A stretch of 44,501 bases of DNA from a bacterium (GCA_050125095.1 JASFEA010000007.1:1-44501), one strand, 5' to 3'. Positions 18,593-28,515 are shown, numbered from the stretch's first letter. The notes: generated by a model not told the origin, from the sequence alone. A program made the numbers and translations.

Positions 18593-18621
18593 ACTCTAAA
18601 GGCTCTAAGCCATAATGTCAA
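18593..18621 (-). promoter_or_regulatory. Promoter for the DUF2914-M16 operon
   Basis: TTGACA (18621-18616), 17 bp, TAGAGT (18598-18593). Confidence 0.65.
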
Positions 18622-18650
18622 TCGATGTTAGGCCCCCGGCGAGCCTCGTC

Positions 18651-18679
18651 TTGACGCCGGGGCGCGACTCACATATACT
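18651..18679 (+). promoter_or_regulatory. Divergent promoter for the ABC transporter
   Basis: TTGACG (18651-18656), 17 bp, TATACT (18674-18679), then a GGAGGAGG RBS. Confidence 0.7.
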
Positions 18680-18700
18680 TCCACGGAGGAGGTCGGCAAC

Positions 18701-19459
18701 TTGCTAAGTCTAAAGAACTTAACCAAGAACTACGACGACTTCGCTGCCGTCAGCAACCTCTCGCTCGAAGTGAGGGCGGGCGAACTCTTCGGCTTCTTAG
18801 GCCCCAACGGCGCGGGCAAGACCACCACCATCAAGATGATAAGCGGACTCCTCCGCCCGACCGAGGGTACGGTCGAGATCGGCGGGCACGATATTCTCAC
18901 CGATCCCCTGGGCGCCAAGGCCGTGCTGGGGCTCGTGCCCGACTCCCCGGTTCTGTATAAGAAGCTCTCCGGGCGCGAGTTCGTGAGGTTCGTCGCCGAG
19001 CTCTACTCGGTGGACAAGCAAACGACCGAAAAGCGCATCAAGGACCTTCTCGACCTTCTCGGTATGGCCGAGAATGCCGACGACCTCATTGAGACTTACT
19101 CGCATGGTATGAGACAGAAGACGGCCATAATGGCCGCTCTCGTCCACGACCCCGGCGTCGTGGTTCTCGACGAGCCCACGGTGGGGCTCGACCCCAGGAG
19201 CGCCCGGGTGGCCAAGGACGTCTTAAGGGCGCTCTGCGACCGCGGCAAGACCGTCTTCATGTCAACCCACATCCTCGAGATAGCCGAGAGGATGTGCGAC
19301 CGCGTCGGCATCATCAACAAGGGCGAGCTCGTGGCGGTCGGCGCCATAGCCGACCTCAGGGCCGGCGATGAGGGCGGCAAGACCAGCCTGGAGGACATAT
19401 TCCTGGAGCTCACCGGCGGGCCCGAGCAAGAGGAGATTATCAAGTTCCTCGACTCATAG
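18701..19459 (+). CDS. ABC-2 type transporter ATP-binding protein
   Basis: GPNGAGKTT, YSHGMRQK, VLDEPTVGLD, STH; TTG start. Confidence 0.95.
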   Translation: MLSLKNLTKNYDDFAAVSNLSLEVRAGELFGFLGPNGAGKTTTIKMISGLLRPTEGTVEIGGHDILTDPLGAKAVLGLVPDSPVLYKKLSGREFVRFVAELYSVDKQTTEKRIKDLLDLLGMAENADDLIETYSHGMRQKTAIMAALVHDPGVVVLDEPTVGLDPRSARVAKDVLRALCDRGKTVFMSTHILEIAERMCDRVGIINKGELVAVGAIADLRAGDEGGKTSLEDIFLELTGGPEQEEIIKFLDS

Positions 19460-19466
19460 GACGACC

Positions 19467-21125
19467 ATGTCGCTATACAGGCTCATAGCGTACAAGCTCA
19501 AGATCTTCTTCTCGCGCATATTCCGTGTCAAGGAACGCAAGCTAGTCTTCCGCATAGCGAGCATAGCCGGCCTCTCGGTCCTCTTCGGCCTTTTCATAGC
19601 CGGGACGTCCGGGTTCTTCGCCGCCCTCAGGCTGATCACGCCCGGGGGCGAGCTCCTGGCCGGCCTCGTGGTGGCAATAACATTCCACGCTCTTCTCGTG
19701 CTGGCCTTCGTGCTGGACATCGCGACCACCACCAACATATTCTTCTTATCGAGCGACCTCCCGCTTCTCATGGCGGCTCCCATCAGGACATCCAGGGTAT
19801 TCGCGCTCAAGTATCTCGAGGCGCTCGCCACGGGCTCCCTGGTCTCGATATTCATCGCGATTCCCATACTCTTAGGCTACGGCATCGCCTTCAGGGCGCC
19901 GTTTTACTTCTATGTCGGGATGATCGTGCTGCTCCCCGTGTTCCTCTCCATACCCGTCTCAATCGGCACGATAGCGGGCTTTGTGATCGCGCGCTTCGTG
20001 CGCGCATCCAGGGTAAAGGAGATACTCGGCCTTCTGGGCGGGGCCATGGGTCTCGCTTTCTGGATCGGCTTTCAGGTCATGCGGCCCTCACTGGAGGACC
20101 CCGGCCAGATAAGCGATTTCACGGGCCGCCTGCAGGCTTACGCCGCCGGCTCGGGCGGCGCCATGAGCTTGCTTCCGAGTTCCCACCTGGCTTCAGCTCT
20201 CTCCGCGCTCCGGGGGGCAAGGCCACTGGACGCTGTGGGGCCGGTGCTCATTCTCCTCGCGACATCGCTTGTGCTCTTCGGCATCTCGGTCGTCACCGCG
20301 CGCAGGATGTACCTTGCCGGCTGGGCGCGCGTGGTGCCCGGCGGCAAGAAGCGCAAAGTCCGCCGGGGACGATCTCCCATAGACGCCGCACTCTTCTGGG
20401 CGCCCAAGGCCGAGCGCGCAATCATGGGAGCGACGGCCAGGCTTTTCCTTAGAGACCCCCAGCAGATGATGCCGGTTGCGACCATAAGCATCATGATGGC
20501 CGTCTTTCCGTTTCTAACCGCCAGGCGGCACGGCGCCGAGGGATTCCTTGCTCCTGTTCTCTTCCTGGCCGTCGCGGGCCTTGCCTTCGTGGGCTCCATG
20601 AATCTCGGCATGAACGGCGTCGCCATCGACGGCAGCTCTTTCTGGCGGATTCTCTGCGCGCCGGTCACCGTCAAGCGCAAACTCGCCGCCAAGTTCATGC
20701 TGCCCGTTACGGTATTCATACCCATCGGCTGGGCGCTCACGCTCGTCTTCAAGGGCGCGGGCCTGGTCTCCTGGGCTTTCGTGTCCTACGCCGTGTGGAT
20801 AGTCCCCGGCATGTCCGTGGTGGGCTCAAGCGTTGGAGTCGTCATAGGCATGTACTTCGCCAACTGGGACTGGGACATCCCCAAGCGCATGATCACCGTC
20901 ACGGGAAGGCTCGTCATGGCAGGCGTCCTCGGCGGCTTCTTCGCGGGGACGGCCATCCTCATGGGCGCAATCTCCAGCAGGGGACCCGAGTCCGTGCTGG
21001 GGGGAGTAATGAGCGGCCCGCTGCTGGTGGGAGCCGCGATAGGCATACTGATTGCGCTCCTGGTGGCCTACATCTTCATAACGCTCGCAGCGAGAAGACT
21101 CAGCCGCATGGAGTGGAAGAACTAG
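19467..21125 (+). CDS. ABC-2 type permease (large multi-TM)
   Basis: FLSSDLPLLMAAPI..VFALKY, LFLRDPQQ; more than 12 TM segments; follows the ATPase. Confidence 0.85.
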   Translation: MSLYRLIAYKLKIFFSRIFRVKERKLVFRIASIAGLSVLFGLFIAGTSGFFAALRLITPGGELLAGLVVAITFHALLVLAFVLDIATTTNIFFLSSDLPLLMAAPIRTSRVFALKYLEALATGSLVSIFIAIPILLGYGIAFRAPFYFYVGMIVLLPVFLSIPVSIGTIAGFVIARFVRASRVKEILGLLGGAMGLAFWIGFQVMRPSLEDPGQISDFTGRLQAYAAGSGGAMSLLPSSHLASALSALRGARPLDAVGPVLILLATSLVLFGISVVTARRMYLAGWARVVPGGKKRKVRRGRSPIDAALFWAPKAERAIMGATARLFLRDPQQMMPVATISIMMAVFPFLTARRHGAEGFLAPVLFLAVAGLAFVGSMNLGMNGVAIDGSSFWRILCAPVTVKRKLAAKFMLPVTVFIPIGWALTLVFKGAGLVSWAFVSYAVWIVPGMSVVGSSVGVVIGMYFANWDWDIPKRMITVTGRLVMAGVLGGFFAGTAILMGAISSRGPESVLGGVMSGPLLVGAAIGILIALLVAYIFITLAARRLSRMEWKN

Positions 21126-21153
21126 GGAGCGGTACCGCCCAGCCCGGCCCGGT

Positions 21154-21990
21154 TCAGTCCTGTGTGGCGGCCCGCTCCAGGTTGACCTCGACCACCTCGC
21201 GCAGGTCGGCGCTTGGATTGCGCGCGAGGATCTCTTCCCACACGGAAATGGCGTCGAGGCGGCGGCCGGCAAGCATGTAGGCCGACGCGAGGTCATTGCG
21301 GTAGAAAAGGTTCAAGGAGTCGAGCGCGACAGCTTCGGAAAGGTATTCGACCGCGAGGTCTGAGTCGCCCTTCAATATTGCGGCTTTCCCCGCTATGAAG
21401 GGAAGGTCCGGATTGTCGGGGAATACTTCCCGGGCGGAGATAAACGCGTCGATCCCCTTCTGATATTGCTTCTCGCCGATGTACACGCTTCCGAGACCGA
21501 TGTATGCCTGCAAGAGGCTACGGTCGTATTTTACGGCCTTCTCATAAGCGCCGACTGCGTTCTCGGGGGAGCCCGCGCCCATATAGGCCTCGGCGAGCCC
21601 CAGGTGGGCTATGGAATATGTCGAATCCACCGCGAGGGCATTGCTGTATTCCTCGATAGCCTGCTTGAAGTTCCCCATGCCCGCATAGGCTCTTCCAAGA
21701 TTGTAATAGCCCTCGATAAAGTCCTTCTTGAGGGCCACCGCAATCGAGAAGTGCTCCAGCGCGCGCGGCAGGTTCCCGGTCGCCGACAGGGCCGCGCCAA
21801 GCGAGTTGTGAGCCTCGTAGCTCTCGGGGTAGACCTCCACTGCTTTCTCAAAATGGAGAACGGCCTGCTGGAAATCGCCGTCGCGGACGGCTTCGTTTCC
21901 CATCTCGATATAGTAATGGACGTCCTTGCTGCAGCCCCCCGCGGCCACCAGCACTATGGCAACCGTCAGAGAGATCAAGAGCATCTTCAT
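21154..21990 (-). CDS. TPR-repeat lipoprotein
   Basis: Lipobox-like AGGC; successive TPRs (AHNSLGAAL, GYYNLGRAY, AHLGLAEAY, AYIGLGSVY). Confidence 0.88.
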   Translation of the reverse strand: MKMLLISLTVAIVLVAAGGCSKDVHYYIEMGNEAVRDGDFQQAVLHFEKAVEVYPESYEAHNSLGAALSATGNLPRALEHFSIAVALKKDFIEGYYNLGRAYAGMGNFKQAIEEYSNALAVDSTYSIAHLGLAEAYMGAGSPENAVGAYEKAVKYDRSLLQAYIGLGSVYIGEKQYQKGIDAFISAREVFPDNPDLPFIAGKAAILKGDSDLAVEYLSEAVALDSLNLFYRNDLASAYMLAGRRLDAISVWEEILARNPSADLREVVEVNLERAATQD

Positions 21991-22014
21991 CGCATCTGTT
22001 CCTCTAACTGCACT

Positions 22015-22170
22015 TCAACTGTATTCGGATTCGTCTTCATGCGGGGGGGGCTCATGCCGGCTCCCGCGGCGCTGGGCGAACCAGTCACTTATCATCATGA
22101 CGCCCAGCATGGCTATGGCGAATACATTGAGGCCCAGTATGCCTACCAGTATCCACCAGTACCAGGTCAT
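22015..22170 (-). CDS. Small single-TM membrane protein (51 aa)
   Basis: Below the ORF track cutoff: MTWYWWILVGILGLNVFAIAMLGVMMISDWFAQRRGSRHEPPPHEDESEYS*; fills the yraN-TPR gap; GAGG upstream. Confidence 0.6.
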   Translation of the reverse strand: MTWYWWILVGILGLNVFAIAMLGVMMISDWFAQRRGSRHEPPPHEDESEYS

Positions 22171-22191
22171 CGCAGTGATATCCTCATTACG

Positions 22192-22557
22192 TCAGGCTTC
22201 GAATGCGTTCGCTATATGCTCAAATTGAGCATCCCGATTATCGTCAAGAGTTACACAAATCACGTCGAATCTGCAAGGCCTATTCGTCATCCTGCGCCGC
22301 GCGAGATAGGACTCGGCGGCCCTGATTATATGCCGCATCTTCTCCCTCGTCACGGACTCCCCGGGCAGGCCGAAGTCCATGCTGGTTCTCCCCTTGACCT
22401 CAACGAATACAACGGTCTCGCCGTCCATGGCGATGATGTCAATCTCCTTGTGGCCGAAGCGGAAGTTGCGCTCGATGACCTTAAGGCCCTTGCGCTTGAG
22501 ATAACTGCGCGCGAGCGATTCGAAGCGCGAGCCCCGGGCCGAGGTGCTATCCATCAC
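22192..22557 (-). CDS. yraN: YraN family (UPF0102) nuclease-like protein
   Basis: GxxxE..ERNFR..EIDII..VFVEVKGR..RFDV. Confidence 0.92.
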   Translation of the reverse strand: MMDSTSARGSRFESLARSYLKRKGLKVIERNFRFGHKEIDIIAMDGETVVFVEVKGRTSMDFGLPGESVTREKMRHIIRAAESYLARRRMTNRPCRFDVICVTLDDNRDAQFEHIANAFEA

Positions 22558-23245
22558 TGACCCCGAGCGAGCGTTCGACGGGCTCGTAGGAGTAGCGGTG
22601 GATGCGGGTGGGCCCGTATGTCCTCAGGGCCTCGAGGTGGGCGCTGGTCCCGTAGCCCTTGTTCTGGCTGAAGCAATAGGAAGGATAAATGGAGTCCATG
22701 GCTTCCATAATTCTGTCGCGTATGACCTTGGCCACAATTGAGGCCGCCGCCACGGAAGCGCAGCGCGAGTCACCGCGCACGACCGCCAGTGCCGGAACGT
22801 CCACTTCGGGCACCTGTCTGCCGTCGACTATAATGCAGTCGGCCCTGACATCCAGGCTCTCCAAGGCCCGGCGCATGGCGATGAGGCTCGCCTGGAGTAT
22901 GTTGACGCGGTCTATGGTATCCGGAGACGCCAGGCCCACTCCGATGGACACGGCCTCCCGGGCTATTCTATCGAAAGCGCGCGCACGCGCGTCAGCCGTC
23001 AGTTTCTTGGAGTCATCCAGGCCCGTGGGAATGTTCTCGGGCGAGAGCACGACTGCTGCTGCGACGACGGGCCCGGCAAGGGGGCCGCGCCCGGCTTCAT
23101 CGACCCCGGCCACATACCTGAACCCGCCCTTCCAGAGCTTGGCTTCCAGAAAGACGAGGTCGGTCTCCGGAGCAGGCTTACCTTCTGTCTTCTTTGACCT
23201 GCGCGGCTTTCCCTTTCTTGTCCCTGAGGTAGTAGAGCTTCGCAC
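22547..23245 (-). CDS. rnhB: Ribonuclease HII (start uncertain)
   Basis: [45 protein letters not shown]. Confidence 0.93.
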   Translation of the reverse strand: MRSSTTSGTRKGKPRRSKKTEGKPAPETDLVFLEAKLWKGGFRYVAGVDEAGRGPLAGPVVAAAVVLSPENIPTGLDDSKKLTADARARAFDRIAREAVSIGVGLASPDTIDRVNILQASLIAMRRALESLDVRADCIIVDGRQVPEVDVPALAVVRGDSRCASVAAASIVAKVIRDRIMEAMDSIYPSYCFSQNKGYGTSAHLEALRTYGPTRIHRYSYEPVERSLGVSDG

Positions 23246-23525
23246 GCCTGGTCTTACCCTTTCTGACCACCTCTACCTTGGCCACGCCCGGAGAGTGATA
23301 AGGAAATATCCTCTCGACGCCTATTCCGCCGCTTACTTTTCTCACCGTGAAGGTCTTTCCGGTTCCGCTGCCGCGTATCTGGAGCACCGTGCCCTGGAAA
23401 ATCTGTATTCTCTCCTTCTGCCCCTCCACCACGCGCGTATGCACCTTCACCGTGTCTCCCGGCCTGAATTCCGGGAATTCGTTGTTCTGATGTTCTTTCG
23501 CGATCGCTTCAACCAGATCCATCAT
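23178..23525 (-). CDS. rplS: 50S ribosomal protein L19
   Basis: [43 protein letters not shown]. Confidence 0.97.
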   Translation of the reverse strand: MMDLVEAIAKEHQNNEFPEFRPGDTVKVHTRVVEGQKERIQIFQGTVLQIRGSGTGKTFTVRKVSGGIGVERIFPYHSPGVAKVEVVRKGKTRRAKLYYLRDKKGKAAQVKEDRR

Positions 23526-23548
23526 CGATTCCTCCGATTACAGTCAAC

Positions 23549-24295
23549 CTAAGAAATATGGCGATTTTTCCTTATTTCCTCAAGCATTCTTTTATCTTCG
23601 TCCGTAAGTTCCGCTTTTTCAAGGAGGTCAGGCCTCCTCTCCAAGGTCTTGCGCAGCGAGTCCCGTCGCTGCCAGCGTCTTATGGCCTCGTGGTTTCCTC
23701 CGACGAGCACCTCGGGCACGTCATGCCCCTTAAACGACCGGGGCCTCGTGTAATTGCCCCCTTCTATAAGCCCCTCGTAGAAGGAGTCGGTCTCGGCCGA
23801 CGCCAGGTCGCCCAGTACGCCGGGCAAGAGCCTGGTCACCGCGTCCACGATCACCATGGCCGCGAGCTCCCCGCCTGTCATAACGTAGTCGCCGATGGAG
23901 ATCTCATCGTCAATCAGGTGATTTCTGATACGCTCGTCCACGCCCTTATAGTGGCCGCAGATTAGCGTGATTTCCTCCTTCTCCGCGAGCTCGCGCGCGA
24001 CCGTCTGGTCGAACACCCGCCCCTGCGGAGAGAGAAGCACCGTGGTCAACTCATCCCTCTCGCGGCCGCCGAGGACGGCCTCGAGCGCGAGGTAGACCGG
24101 CTCGCATTTCATTATCATACCCGAACCGCCCCCGAAAGGGTAGTCGTCCACGGTCCGGTGCTTGTCGTTTGCGAAGTCCCGGATGTCCACTATGGAGATC
24201 TCCAGGGCCCCCGTCTCCACGGCGCTCTTGAGCATGCTCGCGCCGAACGGACCCTCGAACATCTCCGGGAATATGGTCAATATGTTGAATTTCAT
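23549..24295 (-). CDS. trmD: tRNA (guanine37-N1)-methyltransferase
   Basis: [42 protein letters not shown]. Confidence 0.97.
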   Translation of the reverse strand: MKFNILTIFPEMFEGPFGASMLKSAVETGALEISIVDIRDFANDKHRTVDDYPFGGGSGMIMKCEPVYLALEAVLGGRERDELTTVLLSPQGRVFDQTVARELAEKEEITLICGHYKGVDERIRNHLIDDEISIGDYVMTGGELAAMVIVDAVTRLLPGVLGDLASAETDSFYEGLIEGGNYTRPRSFKGHDVPEVLVGGNHEAIRRWQRRDSLRKTLERRPDLLEKAELTDEDKRMLEEIRKNRHIS

Positions 24296-24328
24296 GTTGC
24301 ACATCCGGCCGGAGAGGGCCGGTCAGCG

Positions 24329-24847
24329 TCAGTCCAGGAGCCCCGGGATGCGCTCTATGGTAATGACCCCCTCATCAAGGCTGACGTCCTTTACGACTTG
24401 CTTCACGGTGGGGACCAGCATCTCGCGGCTGCCGTCACTGACGACCAGCACATCGTTGGCGGGCATCCGGAGGACATCCTTCACGACACCCACCCCCTCT
24501 CCCTTTTCGTCCACCACCCTTAAGCCAATGAGATCGAAGTGGTAGTACTCGTCTTCGCCCGTGGGGGCCACCTGGCCGCGGCGCACGCCGAGAAGCGAGC
24601 CGTTGAGCCTGGCCGCCTGGTCTCTATCGTCAACACCCTTAAGCTTAAAGAGCGCGATCCTGCCTTTCCATCTTACAGATTCTATTTCATGCTTGCGGGG
24701 GTCGCTTCCCTTCTCCGCCAGGAGCACTTCCTTCAGAGCATCGAACCGCTGAGGGAAATCCGTGACCGGCTCGACGCTGATCTCGCCTCGCGTCCCGTGA
24801 GCACGTCCCACCCGACCTATCACGACGAAGTCGGAGTCATGGGTCAC
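24329..24847 (-). CDS. rimM: Ribosome maturation factor RimM
   Basis: [29 protein letters not shown]. Confidence 0.95.
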   Translation of the reverse strand: MTHDSDFVVIGRVGRAHGTRGEISVEPVTDFPQRFDALKEVLLAEKGSDPRKHEIESVRWKGRIALFKLKGVDDRDQAARLNGSLLGVRRGQVAPTGEDEYYHFDLIGLRVVDEKGEGVGVVKDVLRMPANDVLVVSDGSREMLVPTVKQVVKDVSLDEGVITIERIPGLLD

Positions 24848-25074
24848 TCAAGAATCTCCAGAACCGCGCGTTTTCCCGCCTTCGTCGCTGCCGCGTTCAG
24901 GATCGTCCTTATTGAGCGCGCCGTGCGGCCGCGCTTCCCGATGACCTTGCCGAGGTCGCCGGGGCCGACCCTGAGCTCGTAAACCGTTGTCTTCTCGCCT
25001 TCGACTTCCTTGACCTCCACATGGTCCGGATTGTCAACGAGCGATTTCGCGATGTACTCGACCAGTTCTCTCAT
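24844..25074 (-). CDS. khpA: KH-domain RNA-binding protein (KhpA/YlqC)
   Basis: [31 protein letters not shown]; canonical position between rpsP and rimM. Confidence 0.92.
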   Translation of the reverse strand: MRELVEYIAKSLVDNPDHVEVKEVEGEKTTVYELRVGPGDLGKVIGKRGRTARSIRTILNAAATKAGKRAVLEILE

Positions 25075-25181
25075 CCTTAAGTCCCTCCCCCGGCGCATGA
25101 CTGCGCGCCGGCCGGGCCGTGCTAACCTCACGGCTGGCGAAGCGTACGGGACGGTGTGCCCGGCACGCTATCGCCGGGCTC

Positions 25182-25538
25182 CTATTCCTCCCGGGTGTCG
25201 GCCGCCTCCTCGCCGGCCTCCACACCGGCCTCCTCGGGCAACGCGGCTTCCGCCGGTGCCGCGGCCGGGGGGCCGCCCTTCCGGGCTTCCCATTTGTTCA
25301 GAACGCCGGCCTTACTGAGAATGCTCCTGGCGCCGTCTGAAAGCTGCGCGCCCTCTCCCAGCCACTTGAAGACCTTCTCCTCATCTATCTCGATTGCATG
25401 CGGTTCTGCTATGGGGTTATAGTGCCCCAGCGAATCAAGATAGGCGCCGTCGCGCCTGTTTCGGGAGTCCATGACCACGAATCTGTAGAAGGGCTTCCTC
25501 TTTCCGCCCATTCTCTGCAACCGGATCTTTACTGCCAT
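25182..25538 (-). CDS. rpsP: 30S ribosomal protein S16 with acidic Ala/Glu tail
   Basis: [34 protein letters not shown]. Confidence 0.97.
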   Translation of the reverse strand: MAVKIRLQRMGGKRKPFYRFVVMDSRNRRDGAYLDSLGHYNPIAEPHAIEIDEEKVFKWLGEGAQLSDGARSILSKAGVLNKWEARKGGPPAAAPAEAALPEEAGVEAGEEAADTREE

Positions 25539-25568
25539 TCAGTTTCACCTCCGCATTGGGTCTAAGGT

Positions 25569-26891
25569 CTATCCGGTCAGAAAAGACCTCATGAGACCGC
25601 TCATTTTTCCCTTTTTCATATTCTTAAAGAGCTTCCTCACCTGCTGGAAGTCCTTGAGTAATCTGTTGACGTCCTGAACCCTGGTCCCGCTCCCCGCGGC
25701 GATACGCTTCCGCCTGCTCCCGTCGATGATATCGGGGTTCAGTCTCTCCTGTCTCGTCATGGAGCTTATTATAGCTTCTACCCTGCCCATGGCCCCTTCG
25801 TCAAGGTTAATCCCCTTCATCTTGGACATGCCCGGTATGAGTCCCATGATGTCCTCCAGGGGGCCCATCTTCTTGACCTGCTTGATCTGGTCCAGGAAGT
25901 CCTCCAGGCTGAAGGTCTCCTTGAGGATCTTCTTCTGAAGCTTCTCGGCCTCTTTCTCGTCGATGGCGTCCTGCGCCTTCTCGACGAGCGTAAGTACGTC
26001 TCCCATCCCGAGTATGCGCGATGCCATGCGCTCGGGATGGAACACCTCCAGGGCGTCGATCTTCTCGCCCACGCCTATATAGCGAATGGGCGCGCCCGAG
26101 ACCGACTTGATGGAGAGCGCCGCGCCGCCGCGCTCGTCGCCGTCCATCTTTGTGAGGATGACGCCGTCTATCCCCAGGGCCGACGAGAACTCCGACGCCA
26201 TGGTCACGGCGTCCTGGCCGGTCATGCCGTCGGCTACCAGCATTGTCTCATGGGGCCTCACGGCCTCTTTTATGGCCCTGACCTCGGCCATCATCTCTTC
26301 GTCGACGTGAAGCCTTCCCGCCGTGTCCACGATGGCGAAGTCCAGCGACAGCCGGCGCACACGCTCAATGCCGCGCCTGACTATGAGGGCGGCGTCCTTC
26401 TCCTCTTTGTCATAGAAGACATCCACCGGCACCGCGCGCGCCAGCGTCTCGAGCTGCTCTATTGCCGCCGGTCTGTAGATATCGGCCGCAATCAGCATGC
26501 CCTTCTTGCCCCTGGCCACCAGGCGCCTCGCCAGCTTGGCGGCCGCCGTCGTCTTGCCCGAGCCCTGAAGCCCGGCCAGCACAATGACCGTCGGCGGCTC
26601 CGGCGACAGGGCTATCTCCCTGGCGCCCGTGCCCATGATCCCGGCGAGCTCGTCATACACTATTTTAACGAACTGCTGGCCCGGCGTAATGCTCGTCAGC
26701 ACCTCTTCGCCCAGGGCCTTGGCCTTTACGTCCTCGGTGAAGCGCTTCACGACCTTGTAGTTGACGTCGGCCTCGAGCAGGGCCAGCCGCACGTCCTTCA
26801 GGGCCTCGGTCACGTTCCTCTCGGAGATCTTGCCGTGGCCCCGCATTTTCTTCAGGGCAAGGTCCAGCTTTTCACTCAGCTCGGAGAACAT
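25569..26891 (-). CDS. ffh: Signal recognition particle protein
   Basis: ALLEADV, GLQGSGKTT, DTAGR, TKMDGD, ERMASRILGMGD, M-domain IISSMT..SRRKRIAAGSG. Confidence 0.98.
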   Translation of the reverse strand: MFSELSEKLDLALKKMRGHGKISERNVTEALKDVRLALLEADVNYKVVKRFTEDVKAKALGEEVLTSITPGQQFVKIVYDELAGIMGTGAREIALSPEPPTVIVLAGLQGSGKTTAAAKLARRLVARGKKGMLIAADIYRPAAIEQLETLARAVPVDVFYDKEEKDAALIVRRGIERVRRLSLDFAIVDTAGRLHVDEEMMAEVRAIKEAVRPHETMLVADGMTGQDAVTMASEFSSALGIDGVILTKMDGDERGGAALSIKSVSGAPIRYIGVGEKIDALEVFHPERMASRILGMGDVLTLVEKAQDAIDEKEAEKLQKKILKETFSLEDFLDQIKQVKKMGPLEDIMGLIPGMSKMKGINLDEGAMGRVEAIISSMTRQERLNPDIIDGSRRKRIAAGSGTRVQDVNRLLKDFQQVRKLFKNMKKGKMSGLMRSFLTG

Positions 26892-26982
26892 AGTTAACCC
26901 CAGGCGTGCGAATAGTCTAAAACCGCTCTAAGCGGCTTCAGATAAAGCGATAGAGACATTTCAGGATTTTATGTTAACAGGA

Positions 26983-27702
26983 TCAGGCGGGTGGCGCAAG
27001 CGGAAATGCCGTCCTGTCGGCCCGCTTTGAAAGGCCCCTCCGGCCCGCGCGCTCTATGTCGCGAACGGCCTGCCGGGGGTCGGGGCTCTTGAAGACGGCC
27101 GCTCCAGCGACCAGGATGTCGCCGCCGGCCCAGGCCGCCACCTCGGCGGTCTCGATATTGACGCCGCCGTCGACTTCGATCTCGAACTCCCAGCCCTTCT
27201 CGGCCCGGAGGTCGTAAAGGGCGCGGATCTTGGGAACCACCTCCGAAATGAAGGTCTGGCCCCCGAAACCCGGGTTGACGGTCATCATGACGACGAGATC
27301 CGAGGCCGCCAGCACTTCGTCCAGGCCCGTGAGTTCGGTAGCCGGATTCAGGGCTATGCCCGGCATGGCGCCGAGTTTCCGGGCCTCCTCAATGAGGGGC
27401 CCGGCCTGGCTTATGGCCTCTATATGGAAGGTCACGTAGTCGGAGCCGGCCTTTATGAACTTCTCCAGGTAGCGCGCCGGCTCGGAAATCATGAGATGCA
27501 CGTCGAGCTGGCTCGCCGCGAGCCGCCTGATTACGTCCACGATCATGGGACCGAAAGTGATGTTGGGGACGAAGTGGCCGTCCATCACATCAACGTGCAG
27601 GAGATCCACCCCGACGGCCTCGACCATCTCGATCTCGGCCGCCAGATCCGCGAAATCGGCCGATAGAAGCGACGGGGCGACTCTGATCCTCGACTGGTCC
27701 AA
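26983..27702 (-). CDS. rpe: Ribulose-phosphate 3-epimerase
   Basis: APSLLSADF, HVDVMDGHFVPN, DVHLM, MTVNPGFGGQ, EVDGG; TTG start. Confidence 0.96.
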   Translation of the reverse strand: MDQSRIRVAPSLLSADFADLAAEIEMVEAVGVDLLHVDVMDGHFVPNITFGPMIVDVIRRLAASQLDVHLMISEPARYLEKFIKAGSDYVTFHIEAISQAGPLIEEARKLGAMPGIALNPATELTGLDEVLAASDLVVMMTVNPGFGGQTFISEVVPKIRALYDLRAEKGWEFEIEVDGGVNIETAEVAAWAGGDILVAGAAVFKSPDPRQAVRDIERAGRRGLSKRADRTAFPLAPPA

Positions 27703-27709
27703 CGGTCTT

Positions 27710-27769
27710 ATCTCCTTCTGGATCCCCTTCTGGATCTCCTTCTGACTCCCTTTCCGACTCCGCCTCCCA
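27710..27769. repeat. Degenerate 12-bp tandem repeat between the PASTA gene and rpe
   Basis: atctccttctgg / atccccttctgg / atctccttctga / ctccctttccga / ctccgcctccca. Confidence 0.75.
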
Positions 27770-27777
27770 CTTCGCTT

Positions 27778-28515
27778 CTACCTCTCCTGCTCACTCTCCT
27801 TCACCCTCGATGATACGAAAAGGGTGATGGTATCGCCTCTTGCGACGACCGCTCCCCGCGGGGGCTTGTGGAGCACGACATACGCCCTGAGGGGATTGAA
27901 ATCCTCGTCGAGTGAGGATTGTTTCACATAGAGCCCCAGTCGCTCAAGGCCTAACTTGACCGATACCGAGGACTTGCGCCTGAGGTCGGGCAGAAGCACC
28001 TTAGTCGGCGCGGCTCCCTTGCTCACTAGCAGGTTCACCCGGCTCCCCTTCACGATCGGGACGCCCGGCAGGGGCTCGCTGGCGATTACCTCGTCCGGAT
28101 AGGACCTGACGTCGTAGACCCTGGTTACCGCCCCCACCTCCAGTCCCGCCCGCTCGAGTATGATGCGGGCGGCGCGGGCTGTCTTGCCCAGGCAATAGGG
28201 AACGTCCATATACTCCCCGCCCAGGCTCATCGTTACCCAGACCTTCCTGCCGCGCTTCACCACTTTGCCGGGCAGCGGGTCCTGCTCGGCCACGGTGCTC
28301 TCGGGATATTCGATGGAATAGGCGTCCATGCGGAACTCGTAGCGCAGGTCCTCCTTCTCGAGCACCTCCCTGGCCCCCGCCTCGGTGAGCCCCCTCACAT
28401 CGGGAACCGCGACCTCTCTGCCGCCGACCACGAGCAACATGCCGAAGTTGACGGCCACCGCGGCGCCCGCGATAACAGCCGCCGCTATGAGAATGAATTT
28501 GATGAACTTCCTCAT
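27778..28515 (-). CDS. PASTA-domain membrane protein (3 PASTA domains, no kinase)
   Basis: N-terminal TM; VPDVRG..QDPLPG..V, VPYCLG..EPLPG, LPDLR repeats. Confidence 0.88.
   Translation of the reverse strand: MRKFIKFILIAAAVIAGAAVAVNFGMLLVVGGREVAVPDVRGLTEAGAREVLEKEDLRYEFRMDAYSIEYPESTVAEQDPLPGKVVKRGRKVWVTMSLGGEYMDVPYCLGKTARAARIILERAGLEVGAVTRVYDVRSYPDEVIASEPLPGVPIVKGSRVNLLVSKGAAPTKVLLPDLRRKSSVSVKLGLERLGLYVKQSSLDEDFNPLRAYVVLHKPPRGAVVARGDTITLFVSSRVKESEQER

Noticed and set aside
25085-25170. Short hairpins between rpsP and khpA
   Set aside because: Stems of about 6 bp are expected by chance at this GC content; no U-tract or known motif
27778-27780. Genome-wide TAG recoding (e.g. pyrrolysine)
   Set aside because: TAG ends many conserved genes at their expected C-termini (e.g. 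comM, yajC, queA), and no conserved gene is interrupted by TAG
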